64,000 bases of DNA, from positions 1,240,001-1,304,000 of the forward strand of contig CATNEN010000011.1 in assembly GCA_950097015.1 (NCBI GenBank), given 5' to 3'. The notes below the pieces were generated by a model, which saw nothing but the letters and a program-made list of their open reading frames with translations, was not told the DNA's origin and did no database searches. Below are positions 1 to 11,555 of this stretch, piece by piece (within the stretch, counting starts at the first letter, position 1; every line of letters starts with the position of its first letter). The stretch is from Macrostomum hystrix (Eukaryota > Animalia > Platyhelminthes). The position numbers and the translations under genes are program-made.

Positions 1-154
1 AAATGATAGAAATAAGCAGAAATTGGGTAGAAATTGGAGTAATGTTGACAGCTGCAACTACAATTAAAAAAGTGGGCATGAAAAATGTGTTTTCAATTCG
101 AAAACCAGAATAGTTGAAAAGAATTTCTGCAGGTTACCAGAAAGAATTGTCTGC

Positions 155-3100
155 TCATAGACTTTTCTTTTTCTGGTGCTTCTTTGGCGACTTGCCTTTC
201 TTGTCAATCTTTGAGATAGTGATGCTCATGTCTTGAATGTCTTCGTACAAATCCGACATCTTCAAGTTGAGGGTCTGAATCTGCTGCGGCGAGAGGTGCA
301 TCTCGCGCTTCTTAATCTCCGCCTGCAGGCTCTCGAGCTGGTAAAAAGAAAAAAAAACGCACATAAGCTACTTATGTTTTCACCGAAGTCAGTAGTATGA
401 AAAATTGCAACTGTTTTCTGACTATATACTCTATTTTCGGCACAAGATTTTAAATCGTACTCTTGGCTTGCGCCGTCACACACGCTGCTTACCTCGGTGG
501 GGAGATGGATCGGAGAAAGAGCTGGGGATAATCAAAGGGACAAAAATGAGACACAGAAACACAAGGTGAGAATCGCTAATTGGATCTCTAATTGGGCCCT
601 GGTTGGACACGGGGAACACGCGGAGGAGGCGGGCCGACCTGGAGAATCTGAAATCATACTATAGCCATCTTTTCCGCTTTCATTATCAGTTTCTCATCGG
701 GCCGTGAGGTGTGACCTAGAAATCTTTATCTACTACTTTGACTATTCACTACCGTGCCTGTTTACTTGTATATATAATTATTTATCAGAATAGTTTTATT
801 GCGTGCATTAAAATATAGACTTAAAATGTTTCAGAATCTCACATTAAATTATCTCAGAATCTCACTTTCATACTTTAAGAATCTCGCTTTGAATCTCGCA
901 GAATCTCACGAGAGAATCATTATAGAACATAAAGGTAAAAATAAAAATAATTGCAGGAGGGCTGCGGGCAATGGCACACCATTTGGTGACACTAGACCCC
1001 CAGCTAGCGAGGAGGCAATTCTGCCCATTCCGCTGACTCCGCTTTCTCATCGTCCGGCAGTGTACACTCTCACTGTGCCTTGGAGGTTGGCCCTTAAGGG
1101 CGTAAATTGCACGACAAGCCCCCAAGCCTTCTCTCCGCGGCTGCGCCCCAAATAAATGTGGCGTCGCCGTGGAATCGAACTTAGGGACCTTGGTGCAAGA
1201 TGCAAACGCGTTAACCGCTCTGCCACCGACCCCTATGATAGAACATTAAATCTCATAGAATCTCATCTGAAATCTCATAGAATCTCATCTGAAATCTCAT
1301 AGAATCTCATCTGAAATCTCATAGAATCTCATCTGAAATCTCATAGAACCTCACTTTAAATATCTGAGAATGTCTCGACAAAATCTCATAATCTCACTTT
1401 TATTATCACAAGAATCCCATAATAATCCGAGAATCTCAATATAAAGTTCATAGAATCTCAGAATTTTTCTCTGAGAATCTCAGTTTTATTTTTTAGAATC
1501 TTACTACCAACCATCAAAATCTCACTTTTATTCCATTAGAATCTCTCGACCAATCTCTCAGAATAGCATCGCTATTATTCTCGTAAAATCTATCATGCCT
1601 ATCAATCAAAGCCAATCAAGCAGGCCGCCCACCTGAATCTGAGTGGAGATTCGACGCCGACGTAATTCAGCGATTTCCTCCGGTGTCAGCTGATCAATTG
1701 ACTCCTGCGATGAACGCCAAATTTCTAGCTTTTTTAGCTGCAAAAAAAATTTTTTTATTCGTCAATTTTTTAAACAACTCTTTAATTTGACTAGTTTATT
1801 TGTCCTTTAAAAACGTTCACTCGCCTGATTGTACGGCTCATCATCGTCGTCGTCGAGGTCCTGCCGACCAGCGTCATCAATGTCGTCCCCGATGCAGTCG
1901 ACGGTGATGATAGGATTGGTTGTGCTGACGAAGCCGCAGGGCGCGCCCGATGAGGTGTACTTGCTGCAGCCGGCAGGCGACTCTAAAAACAGACATTCAA
2001 CCAATCGCAATGAAAATCCAGAACACAGGCGCTTAAATTTCCCCTCTATCCGATGAAACAACTTCCATAGACACAGAACATCGGTATCGTCGATATATTC
2101 AACGATTCTCGTCGGGGGTGTCTGGTGGCAAGAACCAGGTCAATGTAGGCATAATCTTTCTGCTCACAAAGTTTCATCATGTAACCATTCGGCTATCATT
2201 GTTGACTATTTTGAATTGATTAAAAAGTATTTCAACCGCTACTTAAGAAAGTTACTTAAAAATTTCAGAAAAACTAGCTTTCAAAAAATAAAAATGCACA
2301 AAAGTACAACATGGCCAAAAGTGCAGTCGTCTTAAAGTACATTTACAATAGTACAACTATGCCTTAAAGTACTTTTTTCTTAAAGTACAACTATTCCTCC
2401 ATTACATTAAGCTCTCTCCGCTTCAGGTCCTCGTAACTTTAACGTTCTGCTCAGATTTTGCCGTTTGTGAAAGCCATGTCTCGTAGAATTAAACATCCCT
2501 TTATAGCATTAGTATCGTAATGAAATTTCATATGCGCATTCTGTTCCTATTGATTTCCTGCACTGAAGCCTCTTAATGTATTTTTTTCATGTCGGAATTA
2601 GAATCGATGAAGGCTCGAAATTTAAGCTCGAATCGATGATTTATCATTACACAATCCTTTGCCCAGAGAATATCAAATTTGATGCAGGGCCTGGTTCTAC
2701 TCAGATAATGATTAAGAAACGGTTTCTAAGAAACTTTGAAGCAAAAATTTTCTTTCACGAACAACTAAGCATAGACTATCATTTGGCTTAGCTAAGTTTC
2801 TAACATTTCTGCCAGTTGTCTTGAACTTTGTGTCTAACAGGTTAGGTTAAAGGTCAAAATATTTTTCTTACAAGTCCAAATATCTGTCTAACAAGTTAAA
2901 CTCTGTCTAACAGGTCCCACTCTCTGTCTAACAGGTTCAACTGTTTGTCTAATTCTTCGAACTCACTGTCTAAAAAGTCGAAAACTCTGTCTAACAGGTC
3001 GAACTCTCTGTCTAGCAGGTCAAACACTCTGTCTAGCAGGTCAAACACTCTGTCTAACAGATCAAACACTCTGTCTAACAGGTCAAACACTCTGTCTAGC

Positions 3101-6100
3101 AGGTCAAACACTCTGTCAAACAGGTCAAACACTCTGTCTAACAGGTCAAACACTCTGTCAAACAGGTCAAACACTCTGTCTAGCAAGTTTAACTCTCTGT
3201 CTAACAGGTCAAACACTCTGTCAAGCAGGTCAAACACTCTGTCAAACAGGTCAAACACTCTGTCAAGCAGGTCAAACACTCTGTCTAACAGGTCAAACAC
3301 TCTGTCTAACAGGTCGAACACTCTTTCTACCAGGTCGAACTCTCTGTCAAACAGGTCAAACACTCTGTCTAACAGGTCAAACACTCTGTCTAGCAAGTTT
3401 AACTCTCTGTCTAACAGGTCAAACACTCTGTCTAATAGGTCAAACACTCTGTCTAACAGGTCAAACACTCTGTCTAACAGGTCAAACACTCTGTCAAACA
3501 GGTCAAACCCTCTGTCTAACAGGTTTAACTCTCTGTCTAACAGGTCAAACACTCTGTCTACCAGGTCGAACTCTCTGTCTAACAGGTCAAACACTCTGTC
3601 TAACAGGTCGAACACTCTGTCTAACAGGTCGAACACTCTTTCTACCAGGTCGAACTCTCTGTCTAACAGGTTTAACTCTCTGTCAAACAGGTCAAACACT
3701 CTGTCAAACAGGTCAAACCCTCTGTCTAACAGGTTTAACTCTCTGTCAAACAGGTCAAACACTCTGTCTACCAGGTCGAACTCTCTGTCTAACAGGTCGA
3801 ACTCTCTGTCTAACAGGTCAAACCCTCTGTCTAACAGGTTTAACTCTCTGTCAAACAGGTCAAACACTCTGTCTACCAGGTCGAACTCTCTGTCTAACAG
3901 GTCGAACACTCTGTCTAACAGGTCGAACACTCTTTCTACCAGGTCGAACTCTCTGTCTAACAGGTTTAACTCTCTGTCAAACAGGTCAAACACTCTGTCA
4001 AACAGGTCAAACACTCTGTCAAACAGGTCAAACACTCTGTCAAACAGGTCAAACACTCTGTCAAACAGGTCAAACACTCTGTCAAACAGGTCAAACACTC
4101 TGTCAAACAGGTCAAACACTCTGTCTAACAGGTCGAACACTCTTTCTACCAGGTCGAACTCTCTGTCTAACAGGTTTAACTCTCTGTCAAACAGGTCAAA
4201 CACTCTGTCAAACAGGTCAAACACTCTGTCAAACAGGTCAAACACTCTGTCAAACAGGTCAAACACTCTGTCAAACAGGTCAAACACTCTGTCAAACAGG
4301 TCAAACACTCTGTCAAACAGGTCAAACACTCTGTCTAACAGGTCGAACACTCTTTCTACCAGGTCGAACTCTCTGTCAAACAGGTCAAACACTCTGTCTA
4401 ACAGGTCAAACACTCTGTCTAGCAAGTTTAACTCTCTGTCTAACAGGTCAAACACTCTGTCTAGCAAGTTTAACTCTCTGTCTAACAGGTCAAACACTCT
4501 GTCAAACAGGTCAAACACTCTGTCTAGCAAGTTTAACTCTCTGTCTAACAGGTCAAACACTCTGTCAAGCAGGTCAAACACTCTGTCAAACAGGTCAAAC
4601 ACTCTGTCAAGCAGGTCAAACACTCTGTCTAACAGGTCAAACACTCTGTCTAACAGGTCGAACTCTCTGTCTAACAGGTCGAACACTCTGTCTAACAGGT
4701 CGAACACTCTTTCTACCAGGTCGAACTCTCTGTCTAACAGGTTTAACTCTCTGTCAAACAGGTCAAACACTCTGTCAAACAGGTCAAACCCTCTGTCTAA
4801 CAGGTTTAACTCTCTGTCAAACAGGTCAAACACTCTGTCTAACTGGTCGAAGTCTCTGTCGAACAGGTTTATCTCGTTAAACACCAGAGAGTTTTCATCT
4901 AAAAGCAGAATGCATCCTCAGCAAAAGACAGTAACTCACGCCTTCCGCCAAGCTCGTCCAAATTAGTGCATGACGCCATCATCTCGCGACTGCCTCGAGT
5001 CTAATTGAAAAAGAAATTAAGTGGTCGATTTAGAAAATATCAAACCTTAAGGATTATTTTAATACACCAAGTTGTCAAAAGAGAAGTTCAGCGGCATTTC
5101 AAGAACTACTAAAATGCTGTAACATGCACTAGCAAATATTTGATAAATTCGTCTTAAAAACGAAAAACACAAATTATCTCTTAAATCCGGCTTGTCTGAT
5201 CACCGGGAGACTATAGCTATAGATGAAGCAGGAAACTCCCACCCCAACCGCCGCACGGTACTCAGACGCAGAACATTAGCAATAATTAAACAGGCAATGC
5301 CTAGTTAATACTGCTTTGATGTCTTCTTTCTGTCTGTTCCAGACTGTCTCAATGTGAGTGTATGTGTGTCTTCTTGTCTCCCTCCCCGGAAAGGGGCTGT
5401 AGCTGAAATGCTGGTCCATTGGGAGCATATTTCTTCACTATGCAAGCTACTGTTCATGTGATTACACGAGAGAAAAATACACTGTCTGATGATGAAATGG
5501 GTAGTAAATTTTTTAGACTACTCCCAGATACACAAGATGAAGATGAGATTTAGCTAATATATTGACTTTCGATTGGATTAACAGGATTTAGCTATAGAGA
5601 AATGATAGTAGGCAGATAGGTACAGACTTTTAGATACATTAGGTCAGATGTGCAGCCGACAGCACAGCCGCATCTGAAGGCTGCGTATGGCTGTTCAGTC
5701 CATGGACTGGGGAACGCCACAGACACCCTTAATTATTCCAGGGGTTGTAGCCTAAGCACACACACACTGTACGTAGAGGCTTCTTAAACTATATTGAATC
5801 CTTAAGTAAGAGCCAGCCACCTTACGTCACTGAACAAATCGAAAAGCCGAGAATCAAATATATTATTAACCTATAGATAAGGAGGGGCAGAAGGGTAACA
5901 CGAGGGAATGAGCTGAAAAGGAGTGGGGTTGCGGAAAGAGATTCAAACGGCTAGCCAATCAGAGACGAGGGAGAGGAAAGAGAAGTTTATTTTTGCTAAG
6001 AAGTTGAACAGATAGAGGGAGACAGGTCAAGAACGTACAATAAGAGGGCTCGCGAGAGTAAACAAACACTAAGTAAAACATGTACTACTGCCATGATAGA

Positions 6101-7669
6101 ATCTAGTCCATATAGCAAGGGTCGGCAAACTTATTAGCTGGCGGGCCAAAGAGAGAATCTAAAAGACGACAGCGTGCCGCATTAACAATAGAAATATGAG
6201 ATACGGGACAGATGAGACACGGGAGAGATGAGGCACAGGAGAGATGAGACATGGGATAGATGAGACACGGGATGTATGAAGCACAGGAGAGATGAGGCAC
6301 GGAATAGATGAGACACGGGATAGATGGAGAGATGAGACACGGGATAGATGAGACACGGGAGAGGTGAGACACAGGAGAGATGAGACACGGGAGAGGTGAG
6401 ACACAGGAGAGATGAGACACGGGAGAGATGAGACAGGATAATATAGGTGTTGGAAGGGGCAACGGGCCGGATTTAGGAGCTTTGAGGGCCGCATCTGGCC
6501 CGCCGGCCGGAGTTTGTCGACCCCTGCCCTAAAGGAACGCTGATTGGCTCATCACATCAAGAATTCCTAGCAGTTACTCACTATAGTCAATCCCAGCTTG
6601 CCATCGTTACGCCTGAATGTAGTCGGCGACTCCTGCCTACTGTCGTTGGCTGACGACAAGTTGTGAAACGAATTGCTCAATCCGGAAATCCTCCGAGCCT
6701 GCAGCTTGCTCATGCATTCCAGTGTGCGATGCTCCAGCCTCTGCTCTCCCCGCAGTACCAAGTTCAGAGCCTCCTCCCAGCGCTTGAAGTCGAATCGATC
6801 CAACGGTGTCAGATAGACGCACTTCTTTGAGTTCTGGAAACGCAACACCAAGGTCTTGGCTCCGCCGCCGCTCATTGCGATGGCACCAGCCAGGAGGTCC
6901 TTCTTGACAGCGTCTTTGGCGGTGACTGGATCTTCGGACACGTCCAGCTCGCATAGATTCTCCAGGTCGATCTCGTACTCGGCGTTGCAAGCTCCGCTGC
7001 GTTTCTTGAACATGTAGACTGTGGTGCCTTTCAGGACTGTCCACAGCTTCTGTCGTTTGGCTTTGGCCTTCCTAGCCACGTGCATATTGCTCTCGAGGTC
7101 CGCGTTGGCGATGGCTCCGTAAAACATTTTGGAGTTCTCGATCACCGGCGCGCTGAAGTTGAAATAGCCCCAAAGCGAGTCGAACTTCTTCTTGAAGAAT
7201 TTCGTCGAGCACGGGCTGGACGATAGTGGCACCTGCGACAGCAGCGACGCCTGCGAAACGTGACGCGACGGCGACTGAAGGCCGAGGAAATTTGGCTTCG
7301 TTTCCAATGACAGCGACACGAACAGGCTGGCCTGGTCCAGCTGCTTGGCGGCGCTCAACAGCTCGAAGAGGCTCTGCGAGTTGAAGCTGGTCGGCGTGAA
7401 CTCCAACCGGAGAAACTGCGTTGAGATCAAGATCGAGTAGCAGTTGATGATCTCTAGGCGAGCCTGGTGAAGGCACACCGTCAATTGAGATGTCATCTCG
7501 CTGCTCAAAGCCTGCCACTGGGCCTTGCTGAGTCCCTGCTCAGTCCAGCGCGTGATCTCGCTGGCAACCTTTAATGGCGTTAATTTTAGGGGCTTATAGG
7601 CCGCAGTGTTGATGCTCCCTTGTAGTCTTGAAAGCAAAGCGGTCCATAAAGTTCCTGGTTCTATTATAA
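155..7669 (-). CDS. Multi-exon PH-domain protein with C-terminal coiled coil (3' part; exons 7669-6582, 5000-4940, 1982-1825, 1737-1633, 337-155)
   Basis: The ORF at 6567-7637 has PH hallmarks (KLWTVLKGTTVYMFKK ... FKRWEEALNLVL). Splice phases are consistent across all junctions: donor ATA|GTGAGT at 6582 (phase 0); 61-nt exon TRGSREMMASCTNLDELGGR (phase 0 to 1); 158-nt exon (phase 1 to 0) ending CAG|GCGAGT; 105-nt exon LKKLEIWRSSQESIDQLTPEEIAELRRRRISTQIQ; last exon LESLQAEIKK...KKKSL-stop after a polypyrimidine-CAG acceptor. Family not recognised. Confidence 0.75.
820..1570 (+). repeat. Degenerate AATCTC-rich minisatellite (core 22-bp unit AATCTCATCTGAAATCTCATAG, about 4 copies near 1250-1335), interrupted by a SINE
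   Basis: Recurrent AATCTC motifs on both sides of the SINE at about 931-1233. Confidence 0.75.
931..1233 (-). mobile_element. tRNA-derived SINE, family A, copy 1 (intronic)
   Basis: The minus strand starts GGGTCGGTGGCAGAGCGGTTAACGCG...AAGTTCGATTCC (A-box and B-box). The body is clearly homologous to 9423-9733 and ends in an AT-rich tail. Confidence 0.8.
2880..4880. repeat. 21-bp minisatellite (CTCTGTCTAACAGGTCAAACA), about 94 copies
   Basis: Direct tandem repeat. It produces the 7-aa periodic ORFs SNRSNTL (+) and FDLLDRV (-). Confidence 0.97.
5690..5750. mobile_element. Fragment homologous to the 3' part of the CORE-like SINE at 15290-15493
   Basis: Shares GTTCAGTCCATGGACTGG..G(A)ACGCC with 15289-15313, including the 14-bp palindrome CAGTCCATGGACTG. 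Confidence 0.5.
6116..6526. mobile_element. Non-autonomous hAT (Charlie-like) MITE carrying an internal ~16-bp minisatellite (GAGATGAGACACGGGA, about 6198-6438)
   Basis: TIRs are CAAGGGTCGGCAAACT (6116) and the reverse complement of AGTTTGTCGACCCCTG (ends 6526), matching 14/16. The 8-bp flanks CCATATAG and CCCTAAAG match 6/8 with a central TA, as in a hAT TSD. No transposase ORF. Confidence 0.8.
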
Positions 7670-7889
7670 CTGAAGCAATTATCTACTTTTACTCTATCTG
7701 CTAACCATACTAAGGGGTGCTAACCTAGAAGATGTTTTCAGGAGGGCTTAACTTTGAAATTATTAACATTCGAGTAGAACAGAGGACATTACTGCAGAGA
7801 TGCCTGGCTTATCTGTGTTCTAGCTTAACAGTAAGCAACATTGCTATTAAAGCCACAATACTTCAGATTCTATCAGTGATTTTATCTGT

Positions 7890-8675
7890 TCTTGCTGCGA
7901 TTCTATGCGTGAATCCAGCTGCGATTCTATGCGTCAATCCTGCTGCGATTCCAACTATGAATCTTGCTGCGATTCCAACTACGAATCTTGCTGCGATTCC
8001 AACTATGAATCTTGCTGCGATTCTATTCGTGAATCCAGCTGCGATTCTATGCGTCAATCCTGCTGCGATTCCAACGATGAATCTTGCTGCGATTCCAACT
8101 ACGAATCTTGCTGCGATTCCAACGATGAATCTTGCTGCGATTCCAACGATGAATCTTGCTGCGATTCCAACTACGAATCTTGCTGCGATTCCAACTACGA
8201 ATCTTGCTGCGGTTCCAACTACGAATCTTGCTGCGATTCCATGCTTGAATCCAGCTGCGATTCCAACTACGAATCTTGCTGCGATTCTATGCGTGAATCC
8301 AGCTGCGATTCCAACTACTAATCTTGCTGCGATTCCAACTACGAATCTTGCTGCGACTCCAACTACTAATCTTGCTGCGATTCCAACTACGAATCTTGCT
8401 GCGATTCCAACTACGAATCTTGCTGCGATTCCAACTACTAATCTTGCTGCGATTCCAACTACGAATCTTGCTGCGATTCCAACTATGAATCTTGCTGCGA
8501 TTCCAACTACGAATCTTGCTGCGATTCCAACAACGAATCTTGTTGCGGTTCCAACTACGAATCTTGCTGCGATTCCATGCTTGAATCCAGCTGCGATTCT
8601 ATGCGTGAATGCTGCGATTCTATGCGTGAATCCAGCTGCGATTCCAACTACTAATCTTGCTGCGATTCCATGTAG
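7890..8675. repeat. 24-bp minisatellite (AATCTTGCTGCGATTCCAACTACG), about 32 copies
   Basis: Tandem repeat giving the NLAAIPTT / ESCCDSNY / RFVVGIAA periodic ORFs. Confidence 0.95.
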
Positions 8676-9024
8676 GAAACATGCTGTGATTCTATGTTTG
8701 AATATTATTATCTGGCTAATCCAAGTGCTAATCCTCAATTATTGCTATAATCATCTTGTGTATTTTAGCTCAGTCACTTTGTTTTTGTGAGAGACGTCGC
8801 CTTCCTCTTGACTGTGTTGTAATCTTTTCTAAAACTTTTTTCTTAAGGGGCTTATCGACGATATCTACGGCCTATCAATCTCTAGTTAGATTAAATTTTT
8901 TAACTCGAAACTGCCAATGAAGAGGTGATTGATGGTTATTTTAATTTAAATTTTTTTTCTTTCGTCCAGATAATATTAATTTAGATAATGAGCATCAGAA
9001 AATGTGAGAAGGCCCAAAGCTAAC

Positions 9025-9324
9025 CTGAGCATTGGTGTTTGCCAGCAGCACCAGAGAGTCAGCCAGAACCAGCAGAACCCGAACCTGTTCAACAGGCGCG
9101 GCCAATAGGCGAACTTCGCAGGCAAAGTCGGGCAGGAGTATCTCGCTTGGCGCCACCTGGAAGGCCTCGGCATCGACCGGCTCCTGTTGCAACTGGGCGC
9201 TGAACTCGCGCAGTCGTTGAAGACAATTCGGCGTGAACGTCGACTGACGAGCGCGGACAATTTTGTGCGAGTTAACTACTGTGAGTAGCTTCGGCTTCAC
9301 GGCGACGTCCCAGCTGAGGCTCAT
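9025..9324 (-). CDS. Probable coding exon, possibly the first coding exon of the PH-domain gene
   Basis: GC-rich, protein-like ORF (MSLSWDVAVKPKLL...LLANTNAQ) ending at donor CAG|GTTAGC (phase 0). The 7669 exon begins in phase 1, so a linking exon is needed, and I could not find one. Confidence 0.55.
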
Positions 9325-9422
9325 TGTGCTGCTCGCGGCACTGCGTCGTCTGCGGCGATGATTAATTGAAGATTTTCAGTAATGTTGAGGATGACGAGGA
9401 TGCAGATGTTGATGATAAGGAT

Positions 9423-9733
9423 GATAATAACAATAGTAATTACTATACTAATACTAATTGCAGGAGGGCTGCGGGCAATGGCACATCATTTGGTGACACT
9501 AGACCCGCAGCCAGCAAGGAGGCAATTCTGCCCATTTCGCTGACTCCTGAGCACACACGCACACGCTCACACAGGTGTGTACTTCTGTCCTGACGTTTTC
9601 ATTAATTGCACGACAAGTCCCCAAGCCTTCTCTCCGCGGCGGTGGCCAAATGAATGTGGCCTCGCTGCGGAATCGAGCTCGGGGACCTTGGTGCAAGAGG
9701 CAAACGCGTTAGATCGTTTTGCCGCTTACTCCC
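9423..9733 (-). mobile_element. tRNA-derived SINE, family A, copy 2, with a 10-bp target-site duplication
   Basis: Homologous to 931-1233 (TAATTGCAGGAGGGCTGCGGGCAATGGCAC...GGGACCTTGGTGCAAGA). Flanked by the direct repeat TGATAAGGAT at 9413-9422 and 9734-9743. Confidence 0.8.
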
Positions 9734-10409
9734 TGATAAGGATTTTGTTGGTGATGATGACGCTGATGCTCGTATGTCTTTTTATCGAATTAATGATTGC
9801 AAACTAACTGAAGCATGAAAAGCATGCAATTCCTTCCTACCTTTGTAGCTGCTGAGTGTCTTTTTAATAAATTTCAGTCGCTTTTACAGAATTTGCAGAT
9901 TCTCCAGGTACGTAATGGGAGATTATTAATTGATACTGACGATGATTCTGGGCACAGTTGTCCCAAAACGAAATTCCTTTAAACGGAGCTTAAGTCTGAG
10001 AGATCAGTCTACGATGAGGCAGGGAGGGCTTATGAGGGCCGGGTTGGGGCGGGGGTAGGTAAGGTCGGCAAGGGTTGGTTTGTGAGCTGGCCACTGAGAC
10101 ACTGAAATCGGAGAAAGAAGGAAGGGGAAAAAAGTAAGAGGGAGAATAGGGACTCGAGAGTGAGTCGTGGAGAATCAGTTAGTTGGCCTAAGGGGAAGAG
10201 CTTAGTTGAGATGGGAAGAAGAGGAGAGGACAGGAGAGAGTGAGCGGCTCATTTCACATGCCAGGTGATTATTAGGGTTGCTTCAGGATTCTTTTGCAGT
10301 GTTGAGTTCTGAGTATAGTCTAAATATGCATAGAAACATATTAATTACAAATTAGAAAGAGTTAAACAGTTTTGCTAGCATGAGCAGAAAATAATTGAGT
10401 ATAGCTCTA

Positions 10410-10862
10410 TCAAAGATCCTTGCTGCGATTCTATCAACGTTACTTGCTGCGATTCTATCAACGTTACTTGCTGCGATTCTATCAACGTTACTTGCTGTGA
10501 TTCTATCAACGATCCTTGCTGCGATTCTATCAACGATCCTTGCTGCGATTCTATCAACGTTACTTGCTGCGATTCTATCAACGATCCTTGCTGCGATTCT
10601 ATCAACGATCCTTGCTGCGATTCTATCAACGATACTTGCTGCGATTCTATCAACGTTACTTGCTGCGATTCTATCAACGATCCTTGCTGCGATTCTATCA
10701 ACGATCCTTGCTGCGATTCTATCAACGATACTTGCTGCGATTCTATCAACGATCCTTGCTGCGATTCTATCAACGATCCTTGCTGCGATTCTAACGATAC
10801 TTGCTGCGATTCTATCAACGATCCTTGCTGCGATTCTATCAACTATCCTTGCTACGATTCTA
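10410..10862. repeat. 24-bp minisatellite (CTTGCTGCGATTCTATCAACGATC), about 18 copies
   Basis: Tandem repeat that shares the core CTTGCTGCGATTC with the 7890-8675 array. Confidence 0.95.
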
Positions 10863-11555
10863 GCTATGTATTTTTTACTTTATGGCTATGAGCTTTTTGA
10901 AAGCGAAGCAATAGCCTCATACGGGAATTAGAACTTTTATCAAATCTTATTTCAAACAAAATAGGTTCCTAAAAAGCAAAGATTCCACAATGCCTCGGTG
11001 AATTGCTGCTTCAGGAAAATAAGCGAATCGCAGCAGATGCGGCCATGGTCTCATTGTCTCAGACTGTGCAGCTACCAGTTTAAAGTGGCAGGCAGTTTCT
11101 CAATCGATATCTTCTGCAGAAAATGTTGCAAGGTACTCAAGTGTCTCGCTTGCCAGCTTTCTATATCAATGCTTGCAGAAGCAGAAGAAATTGCTGGTTG
11201 CTTCAAGGACGCTTGAAAATGTCCTTATTTCATGGCTTTATCTCGGGCTTCTTTTTGTCAGAAATTTATCTGCATTAGTTTTCTTCAAACAATGTAGTCT
11301 TGAGTCTAAAATGTAGAGTTATAAGACATTGTAGCCGAATGCCTAGCGAACGTCATTGAATGAGATTTCGTGGCTTGTTGTCAGAAATCGAGATGTAAGC
11401 AGAAAAACAGGAAAACACTGGCTGGAAGATTCCCATTTTTGTAGCGAAACACTTTTTTATGGGAAGCGATATTGGCGAAACCTGCCTCTGTTTTTTGAGC
11501 TGCAGCAACTTTTGACGATTTGGCGTGAAAATAATGAAAATATTCCTTCTCAGTG

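Noticed and set aside
7732-8790. ORFs NLAAIPTT / ESCCDSNY (metallothionein-like) / RFVVGIAA
   Set aside because: Alternative frames of one 24-bp minisatellite, with no splice or start support.
10375-10931. LAAILST (signal/TM-like) and LIESQQGS ORFs
   Set aside because: Repeat-derived; open in several frames on both strands.
10960-11340. Protein-like open stretches between two repeats
   Set aside because: No frame on either strand stays open with supporting splice sites, and no motif was recognised.
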